Source of the DNA: Methanomassiliicoccales archaeon
GTDB lineage: Archaea > Thermoplasmatota > Thermoplasmata > Methanomassiliicoccales > UBA472
Assembly: GCA_013415865.1 (NCBI GenBank)
Contig: CP058896.1
Coordinates: forward strand, 843,957-907,956
Direction: 5' to 3'
DNA: 64,000 nt
Shown: positions 36,781 through 45,727 of the stretch, one piece after another
Layout of the letters: each line of letters starts with the position of its first letter
Position numbering within the stretch: position 1 is the first letter of the stretch
Made by a program: the position numbers and the translations under genes
Notes under the pieces: generated by a model
Databases searched by the model: none
Told to the model about the DNA's origin: nothing
The model's input: only the letters and a program-made list of their open reading frames with translations

Positions 36781-37890
36781 TCACTTAATTTTATCATATA
36801 AATATGCAAGCCGGTCTCCCATGATTTGCCAATTGTATTTTGTTACATATGCTTTGATGCCATTATCGCCTAAACGATTGCGTTCGCTTTCTTGCGATAA
36901 TACTGTAATTGCTCCAATTAAATTTTCTTTATCCATATCAATTACCAAGCCCGCCTCTGCACTTTTTACAATCTCTCCTGCCAGGGTGCCTTTTGATGCG
37001 AGTATCGGTACTCCAATTGCCATTGCCTCAAAAATCCTATTGGGGGTCCCGATTATATTGTTGGGAATTTTGGGGTCCAGCAATGCTAAAATGCCAGTTG
37101 ATGACGCCATCTCTCTTAAGAGGTCGTTATGACTTACATATCCTTGAAAGGTTATTCTATCACATTTCTTTGCAGAATTTATCACGTATTCCTTTAATCG
37201 TCCGTCACCGGCAATCTTCATTTTAAGCCAGGGTGTCTGCTGTACAACGTCGATAGTTTCTTCAATGTACCTCCCTGGTTCCAAACTGCCACCATAGAAT
37301 ATCGTAGGCCCATTGATGACTTCAAAACGATGGATGCCAGGGTTCTCGATGCAATTCATAATCACTGTTATCTCTTCTTCAGTATGTGATTTTAAATAAC
37401 TTGCAATGGCATCATTGGCTGCAATCACTGTTCCTGCTCTTTTGACCATGAGCGATTCAATAAAATCAAAGAAAAATGACAATTTTTCTCCAATATCGAC
37501 AGAAACCATATGAGAATAATGTTCATGGGCATCATAGACAAGATGAGCTCGACCTATTTTTGAGATCATCAGCCCAGGGAAAAGGGTATCTAAATCGTGA
37601 GCGTGAACTACATCTGGTCTTTCTCTTAACCCATGGAGGATTGCCTTCAGATAGAAACAAAATAATCCAATAGGCAAAATAATTTTATGTGTTGTCTTAA
37701 TAGTATTAAGCCTCTTTATTTTCGCCCCACTATCGTCGATTGTGATAGGTTCTTTTTCCAATCGTCTATTCCAACATAATATTGTTACATTTTTTCCTAT
37801 TGCCTGAAGTTTAGCCGCTTCCTTATATACGCGTGGATCGGGCCGATATTCATTGGATAACAGCATCAAAACTTTTTTTTTCATCTGCAC
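36781..37890 (-). CDS. glycosyltransferase family 4 (GT-B)
   Basis: FEAMAIGVPILASKGTLAGEIV motif. AT-rich. Start is 3 nt after the oxidoreductase stop. Confidence 0.85.
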   Translation of the reverse strand: MQMKKKVLMLLSNEYRPDPRVYKEAAKLQAIGKNVTILCWNRRLEKEPITIDDSGAKIKRLNTIKTTHKIILPIGLFCFYLKAILHGLRERPDVVHAHDLDTLFPGLMISKIGRAHLVYDAHEHYSHMVSVDIGEKLSFFFDFIESLMVKRAGTVIAANDAIASYLKSHTEEEITVIMNCIENPGIHRFEVINGPTIFYGGSLEPGRYIEETIDVVQQTPWLKMKIAGDGRLKEYVINSAKKCDRITFQGYVSHNDLLREMASSTGILALLDPKIPNNIIGTPNRIFEAMAIGVPILASKGTLAGEIVKSAEAGLVIDMDKENLIGAITVLSQESERNRLGDNGIKAYVTKYNWQIMGDRLAYLYDKIK

Positions 37891-37893
37891 ACT

Positions 37894-38859
37894 CTAACCA
37901 TTTTGAACTGTCCTTCCTTGGGCCAATGATTTCTTCGTAAGTTCAATCATCTCGACCGTCTTTACTCCAATCGACCCAGAGTTCCTTGTCTCTGTAGAGG
38001 GGTCTCCTATCGACCTTATGAAATGTATCAGCTCATCCCTTATCGTGTTGTTCCTTGTGACGCCAAGCTGATAGGTGTATCCGCTCTCATGCACCGTGAC
38101 CACCTGGCCCACGGCATCGATGATGCAGGACCTGCTCTCCCCAACGATCTCGATCTGCCTCACCTTCTTGGGGCCGAGCCAATTGAGATGCGCGAACGCC
38201 ACCGCGCCGCTCGGCATCTCGCAGGTGATGTATGCCGCCTCCTCCTTGTCCGTCTGCCGATATGGTCTGGCCACGCATGATATCCTCTGGGGCCATTCCC
38301 CGAAAAGATAGTTCACGATGTCGAAATAATGTGGCGCGAGATCGACTATGACATCTCTATCTGTGAACACCGGTTCCTGGTTCGTCCATGTGAGGTTCAG
38401 TAAAAAGACCCTTCCGAAAAAATTCTCGGACCACAGCCGTCTCACCTCGGCCAAGGCGTTATTGAACCTGTAGATATGACCGACGCTCAATGTCAAATTC
38501 CTGCTCTCTGCCAGCTGGACGAGCTCCTCTCCTTCCTTAGATGTCAGGGTGATCGGCTTCTCGACGAGCACATGCTTTCCCTTCTCCAATGCTTCCTTGC
38601 ATGCGATATAATGAAGTGAGTTCGGCAGGCAGATATGCACCGCCGTGATGGAATCCATGGCGAGCACGTCCCGATAGTCGTGCATAAGGTTCTGGACACC
38701 ATAGCGCTCCTTGGCATACTTCAGGTTCTTGTCCATCAGGTCCGAGACCGCACTGACCTTCACATTCTGGAGCGCGCTGTATTCCTCGACTATCTTCCTG
38801 CCCCAATATCCGACCCCTAAAACCCCGACCTCGAACCTTCTCATCTTTTCACCTTCCAT
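37894..38859 (-). CDS. Gfo/Idh/MocA NAD-dependent oxidoreductase (WbpB-like nucleotide-sugar 3-dehydrogenase candidate)
   Basis: Rossmann N-terminus FEVGVLGVGYWG, and EKP motif VLVEKPITL. Alternative start Met6 at 38844. Confidence 0.8.
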   Translation of the reverse strand: MEGEKMRRFEVGVLGVGYWGRKIVEEYSALQNVKVSAVSDLMDKNLKYAKERYGVQNLMHDYRDVLAMDSITAVHICLPNSLHYIACKEALEKGKHVLVEKPITLTSKEGEELVQLAESRNLTLSVGHIYRFNNALAEVRRLWSENFFGRVFLLNLTWTNQEPVFTDRDVIVDLAPHYFDIVNYLFGEWPQRISCVARPYRQTDKEEAAYITCEMPSGAVAFAHLNWLGPKKVRQIEIVGESRSCIIDAVGQVVTVHESGYTYQLGVTRNNTIRDELIHFIRSIGDPSTETRNSGSIGVKTVEMIELTKKSLAQGRTVQNG

Positions 38860-39958
38860 AGAAAGACGCCACCGTCTCTGCCACCTTTCTCACCTGTTCA
38901 TCCTTTAAGGATGGGAAGATAGGTAATGACAATAAGCTTTCTGACAATGCTTCGCTGACTGGGTGATCCCCTGGCTTATATCCATATCTCTGAACATATA
39001 CTGGCTGTAGGTGGATCGGGACGGGGTAATGGACCCCGCATTCGATGCCGTTGTCGTTCAGGTGCTTAGCCAGGCCGTCCCGGTCCTTGCACTTGATCGC
39101 ATAAAGATGATATACCGGGCTGACGTCCTTGTCGGGCCTAGGTGGGCGGACGACCTCCTCCACGTCCTTTAGAAGAGAATCGTACCGCCCTGCTATCGCC
39201 CTCCTTCTCTCGTTCCAGGAATCCAGATACTTCAACTGCACCAGACCGAAGGCGGCGTTGCCTGTGTTGAGCCTTGAAGTGAAACCTATGACGTCATGCA
39301 CATACCTGGACACCCTGCCGCAGTCCCTCAGCTTTGCTATCTCCTTCGCCAGGTCCGCGTCATCGGTTGTTATCATGCCGCCATCCCCTCCAACGGTCAT
39401 GTTCTTGGTGGGATAGAACGAGAAGCATCCGATGTCGCCGATGGCACCTGCCTTCTTCCCACGGTATAGTGCTCCGTGCGCCTGGCATGCATCTTCAATG
39501 ACCTTGATCCCCTTTTCTCTTGCCAGGTCGTTGATCTCGTCCATTTTGCATGGGTGGCCGAAAAGATGCACGGGCAGCAACGCCCCAGCCCTCGAAGTGA
39601 GGTTCGCCCTTAACTTTTGCACGTCAATGTTGTTGTCCTCATAGCATACATCCGAGAACCTCGGCACAGCACCTGCCTGGACCGCCGCATTTGCCGTGGC
39701 GATGAAGGAGAGAGGGGTTGTTACAACGTCCTTTGATTCCAACCTCGATGCGATCATTGCCAATCTCAGAGCGTCCGTCCCGGAGGATACGGATACGGCG
39801 TGCTTCGTACCTGTATACCTGGCGAACGCCTCCTCAAACCTATGTACGCTCTCGCCGAGCACGAGCCTTTCATTCTGAAGGGCGCAGGTCATCGCATCTA
39901 TCATCTCCTTGGTGACCTCAGGTCTCCCCAAAGGTATTCTTTCCATCGTTGTTATCAC
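38849..39958 (-). CDS. DegT/DnrJ/EryC1/StrS family PLP aminotransferase (WbpE-like)
   Basis: VSSGTDALRLA, DACQAHG, FSFYPTKNMTVGGDGGMITT (PLP lysine region). Confidence 0.9.
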   Translation of the reverse strand: MITTMERIPLGRPEVTKEMIDAMTCALQNERLVLGESVHRFEEAFARYTGTKHAVSVSSGTDALRLAMIASRLESKDVVTTPLSFIATANAAVQAGAVPRFSDVCYEDNNIDVQKLRANLTSRAGALLPVHLFGHPCKMDEINDLAREKGIKVIEDACQAHGALYRGKKAGAIGDIGCFSFYPTKNMTVGGDGGMITTDDADLAKEIAKLRDCGRVSRYVHDVIGFTSRLNTGNAAFGLVQLKYLDSWNERRRAIAGRYDSLLKDVEEVVRPPRPDKDVSPVYHLYAIKCKDRDGLAKHLNDNGIECGVHYPVPIHLQPVYVQRYGYKPGDHPVSEALSESLLSLPIFPSLKDEQVRKVAETVASFYGR

Positions 39959-40416
39959 CTCAATCTCTTGACCGGTCTGGCAGGATTGCCGACCACTAAT
40001 GTGTCAGGCGGGACATCTTTGGTGACTACCGCGCCGGCCCCCACCATGGCCCCTTCCCCTATCACGACGCCGCACACTATTGTGGCATTGGCCCCTATGG
40101 AGGCCCCCTTCCTGACAAAGGTGGGGATGACCTTCCAATCGCCCACCGCCCTTGGATAAATGTCGTTCGTGAATACAACGTGCGGTCCCACGAACACCTC
40201 TTCCTCTATCTTGACGCCAGTAGGTATGAAAGCGAAGGCCTCGACCTTGCATCGGTCCCCTATCTCGACCCCGCGCTGTATCTCTACGAAGGCCGCTATC
40301 TTGCAGTCCTTCCCGATCTTGCACCCGTAGAGGTTCACGAAATCCCTGACTATCGTGCCCTCCCCGATCTCGCAGTCCTTGATGGAATAAAAGTCCGCCA
40401 ACAGTCTCATGTCCAT
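39955..40416 (-). CDS. hexapeptide-repeat N-acetyltransferase (WbpD-like)
   Basis: Left-handed beta-helix repeats IGEGTIV, IGKDCKI, IGDRCKV, IGANATI, IGEGAMVGAGAVV. Start set to Met26 (40416; Met28 at 40410 is also possible) because of an upstream TATA-like element. Confidence 0.85.
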   Translation of the reverse strand: MDMRLLADFYSIKDCEIGEGTIVRDFVNLYGCKIGKDCKIAAFVEIQRGVEIGDRCKVEAFAFIPTGVKIEEEVFVGPHVVFTNDIYPRAVGDWKVIPTFVRKGASIGANATIVCGVVIGEGAMVGAGAVVTKDVPPDTLVVGNPARPVKRLR

Positions 40417-40433
40417 AGGTGTATTGTTTAGGC

Positions 40434-40444
40434 CATAAAAGTAT
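40434..40444 (-). promoter_or_regulatory. putative TATA box for the acetyltransferase operon
   Basis: Minus-strand atacttttatgg is centred about 25 nt upstream of ATG 40416/40410. Confidence 0.35.
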
Positions 40445-40489
40445 GATGGCCCTGAGTATCGGTATTGCAACTGATGATATTCCTCTGAC

Positions 40490-40500
40490 AATTAATATAT
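40490..40500 (+). promoter_or_regulatory. putative TATA box for the GT2 gene
   Basis: aattaatatat is centred about 30 nt upstream of ATG 40528. Confidence 0.35.
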
Positions 40501-40527
40501 CCCAGGCCAACATCTCGATATGTTGCC

Positions 40528-41322
40528 ATGTTGGTCAGCGTCGTCCTTAACGTGATGAACGAAGAGAAGAACATCGGGGACCTTCTCGACAGTCTTGTCA
40601 TACAGGAGCAGCCGATGGAGATAGTTGTTGTGGATGCTGCCAGCAAGGACCGGACCAGGGAGATAGTGAGGTCCTATATGGAACGGTACCCCTTCATAAG
40701 CCTATATGTAAAACCTGGCAGGAGAGGAGAGAGCACCAACTATGGCATAGACATGTCCAAGGGTGATATCCTTGCTTTCATCGGAGGGGATTGCATCGCA
40801 AACCCCTTCTGGATAAAGGAGCTGAGAAGGAGCATAATGGAGGGCAACAAGGTCGTCGTCGGCAAGACCATCACCCTGGGATTGGATGCCTGGGTGGCCT
40901 TGGACAGGGTGGAGCTCTATTTCAAAGGTGTCGACATCTCCTGGCCAAGCTGCAACGAGGCCTTCGTCCGGGAGGCGGTGATCGAGGCGGGCAAGTTCGA
41001 CCCTTGGTTCATAACGGCCGAGGACATCGACCTCAACCTGAGGGTGGTGGACAAGGGATACAAGATCGTCTACAATGAGAACGCCATTGTCTATCACAGG
41101 CACAAATCGACCTTGTACAGGTTCTTCAAGCAGGCCTTCTGGAACGGGGCTGGAAGGAAGCAGCTGACAATGAAACATGGTAGGCTCTGGTCGTCCTATG
41201 ACCCCCTGAAGATGTTCCGCCAGAAGACGACCTTCTGGTCCTTGAGCAGGCTTACGGTGGCGATGATGGGGTATGTTGCCTTCAAGTTGTTCGGGGACCG
41301 TCCGGGAGAAGGACGTGCCTAG
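40528..41322 (+). CDS. glycosyltransferase family 2
   Basis: MLVSVVLNVMNEEKNIGDLLDSL...VVVDAASKDRT...GGDC (GT-A fold N-terminus and DxD-like region). Confidence 0.85.
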   Translation: MLVSVVLNVMNEEKNIGDLLDSLVIQEQPMEIVVVDAASKDRTREIVRSYMERYPFISLYVKPGRRGESTNYGIDMSKGDILAFIGGDCIANPFWIKELRRSIMEGNKVVVGKTITLGLDAWVALDRVELYFKGVDISWPSCNEAFVREAVIEAGKFDPWFITAEDIDLNLRVVDKGYKIVYNENAIVYHRHKSTLYRFFKQAFWNGAGRKQLTMKHGRLWSSYDPLKMFRQKTTFWSLSRLTVAMMGYVAFKLFGDRPGEGRA

Positions 41323-41427
41323 GGCTACCGCTCCGAGGCTCATGTCTTTCTGACAACCATTTTATGAAAGAAGTCCGTTCGCTTAGCGTCAGGTGGTCCA
41401 CTGAGGGTCAGCGTCATTATCCCAACG

Positions 41428-42081
41428 ATGAACGAGGAGCAGGGCATTGGGGCCGTCATTGACTCTGTCGTCCGCGCATTCTCCGGAACAGACCTTGAGC
41501 TTGAGGTGATGATAGTCGATACTAGGTCCAAGGACCGGACGGTCGAGATCGCGAGGGAGAAAGGGGCGATAGTCATCGATGAGCCGAGGAGGGGGTACGG
41601 CCGTGCCTACAAGACCGGTTTCGAGAGGGCATCGGGGGACGTCATAGCCACTTTGGACGCTGACTGCACATATCCTGCTGAGGAGATCCCCCGTCTTGCA
41701 AGGATGTTGGATGCAGAGGGCCTGGACTTCATAACCACCAACAGGTTCGCTGATCTGGAAAAGGGGGCCATGAGCGCAAAGCATCGGCTAGGCAACAAAC
41801 TGCTGACCCTGACCATGAACGTGCTCTTCGGGGTCATGATAAGGGACTCGCAGAGCGGCATGTGGGTCTTCAGGAGGTCCATTGTGCCTAAGCTCGACAT
41901 AACCAGCGATGGGATGGCCATGTCCGAGGAGATCAAGCTGGAGGCCTTCAAGAAGGTGCGGTCCAAGGAGGTCCCGATAGCCTACAGGAAAAGGGTCGGA
42001 GAGGTCAAGCTCTCCTCGTGGAAGGATGGAATAGGGAACATCAGGTTTCTTTTCCGGAAGAGGCTGACGTTCGAACATTGA
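41428..42081 (+). CDS. glycosyltransferase family 2 (dolichyl-phosphate hexose synthase-like), start or frame anomalous
   Basis: NEEQGIG...VDTRSKDRT...LDADCTYP...RDSQSGM. The conserved beta-1 strand RVSVIIPT lies in frame upstream (41368-41427), but no ATG/GTG/TTG precedes it. Confidence 0.75.
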   Translation: MNEEQGIGAVIDSVVRAFSGTDLELEVMIVDTRSKDRTVEIAREKGAIVIDEPRRGYGRAYKTGFERASGDVIATLDADCTYPAEEIPRLARMLDAEGLDFITTNRFADLEKGAMSAKHRLGNKLLTLTMNVLFGVMIRDSQSGMWVFRRSIVPKLDITSDGMAMSEEIKLEAFKKVRSKEVPIAYRKRVGEVKLSSWKDGIGNIRFLFRKRLTFEH

Positions 42082-42607
42082 GATGGTCCCTCACCATCCT
42101 CATCGCATCGATGAGCCTTGACCTTGCCTCCTTGTTGTAGATGCAGGCGCTCGGATGGAACGTAAGGAGGACGTCCATTGTCCCGATCCCTTCGATGTCC
42201 ACCTTGACGGTCCTGTTCGCTACCTCTGAGACCTTGACCTCTGAGCCGAGCAGCGCCTCTATAGCTGTGCTGCCCAAGGCGACGATGAGCTCCCTTCCCC
42301 TCAGCTCGTCCATCAGGTATCGCCGACAGGCGGCAAGCTCCTGAGCATCAGGCCTCCTGTTGCCAGGGGGCCTACATTTGACCGTGTTGGTGATCATCAC
42401 GGACCTTCGGTCGAGGCCTGCCTCCTGCATGCATTTGTCCAACCATTTCCCTGCCCTTCCGACGAAAGGCGCACCGAGCCTGTCCTCGCTCTCGCCCGGT
42501 GCCTCCCCGACCAGAACGACAGGCGAGGAGAGGTCACCGGAAGGTGGTACTACCCGCGTCCTCCATGCGCTCAGCGGGCATAATGCACATTCAAGGTCCA
42601 AGGACAT
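42041..42607 (-). CDS. udg: family 4 uracil-DNA glycosylase
   Basis: CALCPLS (FeS Cys), VLVGEAPGESEDRLGAPFVGRAGKWLD, LLTFHPSA. Confidence 0.9.
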   Translation of the reverse strand: MSLDLECALCPLSAWRTRVVPPSGDLSSPVVLVGEAPGESEDRLGAPFVGRAGKWLDKCMQEAGLDRRSVMITNTVKCRPPGNRRPDAQELAACRRYLMDELRGRELIVALGSTAIEALLGSEVKVSEVANRTVKVDIEGIGTMDVLLTFHPSACIYNKEARSRLIDAMRMVRDHLNVRTSASSGKET

Positions 42608-43138
42608 CTACTTCCTCAGCACGTCCGTCGCAGTGACCAGCGAGGAAAGCTCCACTCCTACCTCCTCGAGCTTCTTCCTCCCGCCTTCCTCCCGGTCGAC
42701 GACGGAGAAGACGTTCTCGACGGTCAGGCCCTCCCCTCTCAAAACCTCGATGGCGTATAGCGCCGACCCGGCCGACGTAACAACATCCTCGACGACGAGG
42801 ACCTTCTCACCTCTCGAATAAGCTCCTTCGATGAGCTTCGTTGTGCCATGGTCCTTCTTCTCCTTCCTGACCATGATGAACGGTATGCCTGTCTTCAGCG
42901 ACAGCGCAACGGCAAGAGGTATCGAGCCAAGGACCACTCCTGCGATCCTGTCGACCTTCATTCCCTTCATCGCCAACAGCGATGACATCTCCTCGGCGAT
43001 CAAAGATAATACCTGGGGGTCTGTGCTGGCCTTTTTTATGTCGATATAATAGCCGCTCTTCTTCCCTGATGCCAAAGTGAAGTCCCCATAGAGCAGGGCA
43101 CCGCACTCGACCAGAGCCTTTCTTGTCCTTTCGCTCAT
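42608..43138 (-). CDS. pyrE: orotate phosphoribosyltransferase
   Basis: LYGDFTLASGKKSGYYIDIK and PRPP-binding loop KVLVVEDVVTSAGS. Confidence 0.92.
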   Translation of the reverse strand: MSERTRKALVECGALLYGDFTLASGKKSGYYIDIKKASTDPQVLSLIAEEMSSLLAMKGMKVDRIAGVVLGSIPLAVALSLKTGIPFIMVRKEKKDHGTTKLIEGAYSRGEKVLVVEDVVTSAGSALYAIEVLRGEGLTVENVFSVVDREEGGRKKLEEVGVELSSLVTATDVLRK

Positions 43139-43142
43139 CCGA

Positions 43143-43742
43143 TCACCATGGTACCTTCTTCAGACCCTTCTTATAGCCTATGATATTGACCCCCCGGTGC
43201 AACAAGGGGGTGATGATGAGCACCGAGAGGAGGCTTATTATATGCTCCCCCTCGACGAACGCCCCGATGAACCAGGATGGGTATATGGCCAAGGACAGCA
43301 GCATTGCACCAGCGATGAAGTTGTACTGGTCCAGGACAGGGGCTTTTGCTCCCCGTTCCAAACCAAGCCTCCGTTTGATGAACGCCCCGCATAGGTCACC
43401 AAGCAACGAGCCAAGCGCAAGGACGAACACCAATCCCATGGAGTCAGGGAGATCCCCGAACCCCCAATAGGCAGAATCGTCGAATGGGTATGCTACATAT
43501 AGTTGCAACAGCCCCAAGGCCGTCCCCGCCGAGACCCCTCCTATAAAACCTCTCCAGGTTTTTCCTTCCCCTAAAAGCCTCCTCCCCCTCCAGGACCGCC
43601 CAAGGTCGATCGGCCTGCCGCCGCCGAATATGACCGCCGCGGAATTGGGCAGATAGGCAGGCAGCATGAGCCAAAGACCGGCCGCCACATATATCAAGAG
43701 GCTCAGTAGGTCCATCGACCGGCCCATTACCTGCGGCCCCAT
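43143..43742 (-). CDS. carS: CDP-archaeol synthase
   Basis: LPAYLPNSAAVIFGGGRPIDLG...LLGEGKTWRGFIGGV, typical of the CarS (former DUF46) family. Start may be a downstream Met. Confidence 0.85.
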   Translation of the reverse strand: MGPQVMGRSMDLLSLLIYVAAGLWLMLPAYLPNSAAVIFGGGRPIDLGRSWRGRRLLGEGKTWRGFIGGVSAGTALGLLQLYVAYPFDDSAYWGFGDLPDSMGLVFVLALGSLLGDLCGAFIKRRLGLERGAKAPVLDQYNFIAGAMLLSLAIYPSWFIGAFVEGEHIISLLSVLIITPLLHRGVNIIGYKKGLKKVPW

Positions 43743-45652
43743 TAATCTTTCTCAGCCTGACCTCTAGACCTGAAGAACCGTACCAGCTCGTTTACCGGGG
43801 CCTCCACGGCCCTCATATCCATCCTATCGGCGAACTGCTTTGCCCTCCGGTCAAGTATCACCGCGGCGCCGATGTCCGTCTCCGTCCTTATAAGGCGTCC
43901 TATCGCCTGTGCCATTTTTCTATAGGTGGGTGCCTTGACGGTATATTCCCACCCCTTCCTGAACTTCGTCTCATAGAAGTGCATCAGCGCCCTCTGCTTT
44001 GCGGTCGGCTTCGGATAGGGGACGCCGACCAGCACCGCGACCTGGAGGTCCTTGTCTGGGAAATCGATCCCCTCGCTGATCCTTCCTCCCATCACAGCGA
44101 ACAGGACCGCACCCTCGTCCCTCTGTCCCTTGAACCTGGAGACGACCTCCATCAGGTCCGTCTGGGCCATGCCTTTCTCCTCGACGTGGACCTTCCTTTT
44201 GATCCTTGCGAGCGTCCTGTCGGCGATGAAACGGTCCATCATAGAGTATGAAGGGAAGAACACGACGGTGTTCCTGCTCATCACATTGCATATGGCCACG
44301 ACATGGTCCTCCATCCTTGTGATCATCCCATCGTCCTGGGCCATCTCCTCATATTTCGTGGTCACATCCTCGACGTACATGACATCCCTGTTCTCTTTTG
44401 CGAAAGGAGAAGGGAAGGTGGCCATGGATGTGTCGGTGGGGAGCCCGATCGAGTCCCTGTACTCCACGAGGGGCACGAGTGTTCCGGACATGTGAATGGA
44501 GGCACCACAGCTCAACAGGACCGAGGTCGTCACAACAGGGTCAAGGCAGAAGGCCTTGAAGCTGGGGTTCTCACCTCCTATCACCAGCTTGACATACTCA
44601 CCTTCCTCAAGGGATGCCCAGTTGTTGATGAAGGCCCCCATGGCAAATATATACGACCTGGGCAACCTTGATTCCTGGAGCTTTCTCTCCCTTATGACCT
44701 CCCCTTGCTCCATCAACGCCTTCGAGATGGTGAGGATCCCACGGGAGGACGTCGTGAACGCCTCCATGAGACCCTCCTCAAGGAAGGAGGGGGGTATCAG
44801 CCCATCCTCATCTATGAGATACTCACCGACTGCGATGTCGAGGAGCTTCTTGATCTCCTGTGCCACATCCCTTATGCTCACCCCGTCCAACACCTCGGGG
44901 TCTCCATACTCGTCTATCTCCTTCTCGACGGAGTCGATCGACCATCTGCTCATCTGGAAGCTCTCTACCTCCCTGGTATATTCCGGAAGGTTATGGGCCT
45001 CGTCCACTATGACCACAAGGTCCTCCATCGCAACGTCCATCCAGTCCAACAAAGAGTTCCTTATGAAAGGGATGAAGAAATATGCGTACGGGGCCGCCAC
45101 GACCCTTGCTTCCCTTGCCAGCTCCTTCATGAGCTCGTGTGGGCAGAGACCTTTGGAGTCGCAATGATCGACGAACTCCTCGGCCGTCGGTAAGTTGATG
45201 CGACAGTAGTTGAAGACCCCGTCCATGTCGGATAGCCTGGTCTCTTGGAAGAACCTGCAGCCGCCCTCCTTGCCCTGCAATACCTTCCTTTTCTTCTCCC
45301 TGCACAATCTTGACAGTTCCTCAGGGGAGCCTGCCCTAAGGTCCGGGTCCCTTCTGAAGAGGGGGCAGGTCACCTGCCTTCCCTGTATCGCGATCCCGAA
45401 GACCTGATGTTTCGCCGAGATCCTTCTCAGCTCCAACATCACCTGCCTTTCCTGGGAGTTCGTCCTGGTGAGGTATAATACCTTCTTGCCGGTCCGCAGG
45501 GCCGCCTGAAGGCTGCCGGAAAGGGCGCATATGGTCTTGCCCGTACCAGTACCTGATTCAAGAATGAGATGTCGGCCTTCCTCGGCCACCTTCTCGACGA
45601 GCGTGACGAACTCCTTCTGATAAGGTCTCGGCTCGTAAGGGAAAAGCTTCAT
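43742..45652 (-). CDS. xpd: XPD/Rad3-family 5'-3' DNA helicase (second paralogue, no N-terminal extension)
   Basis: MKLFPYEPRPYQ, ESGTGTGKT, VDEAHNL. Four FeS-domain Cys (TCPLF, LCREKK, GGCRFF, LCPHE). C-terminal QAIGRLIRTETD. Confidence 0.92.
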   Translation of the reverse strand: MKLFPYEPRPYQKEFVTLVEKVAEEGRHLILESGTGTGKTICALSGSLQAALRTGKKVLYLTRTNSQERQVMLELRRISAKHQVFGIAIQGRQVTCPLFRRDPDLRAGSPEELSRLCREKKRKVLQGKEGGCRFFQETRLSDMDGVFNYCRINLPTAEEFVDHCDSKGLCPHELMKELAREARVVAAPYAYFFIPFIRNSLLDWMDVAMEDLVVIVDEAHNLPEYTREVESFQMSRWSIDSVEKEIDEYGDPEVLDGVSIRDVAQEIKKLLDIAVGEYLIDEDGLIPPSFLEEGLMEAFTTSSRGILTISKALMEQGEVIRERKLQESRLPRSYIFAMGAFINNWASLEEGEYVKLVIGGENPSFKAFCLDPVVTTSVLLSCGASIHMSGTLVPLVEYRDSIGLPTDTSMATFPSPFAKENRDVMYVEDVTTKYEEMAQDDGMITRMEDHVVAICNVMSRNTVVFFPSYSMMDRFIADRTLARIKRKVHVEEKGMAQTDLMEVVSRFKGQRDEGAVLFAVMGGRISEGIDFPDKDLQVAVLVGVPYPKPTAKQRALMHFYETKFRKGWEYTVKAPTYRKMAQAIGRLIRTETDIGAAVILDRRAKQFADRMDMRAVEAPVNELVRFFRSRGQAEKD

Positions 45653-45727
45653 CCATCTGATTAATTGGTGTACTTTAGAATATGGTTTCGTCGAGGTCCC
45701 CGAAACTAGGGACCGCCCGTTTATCGT

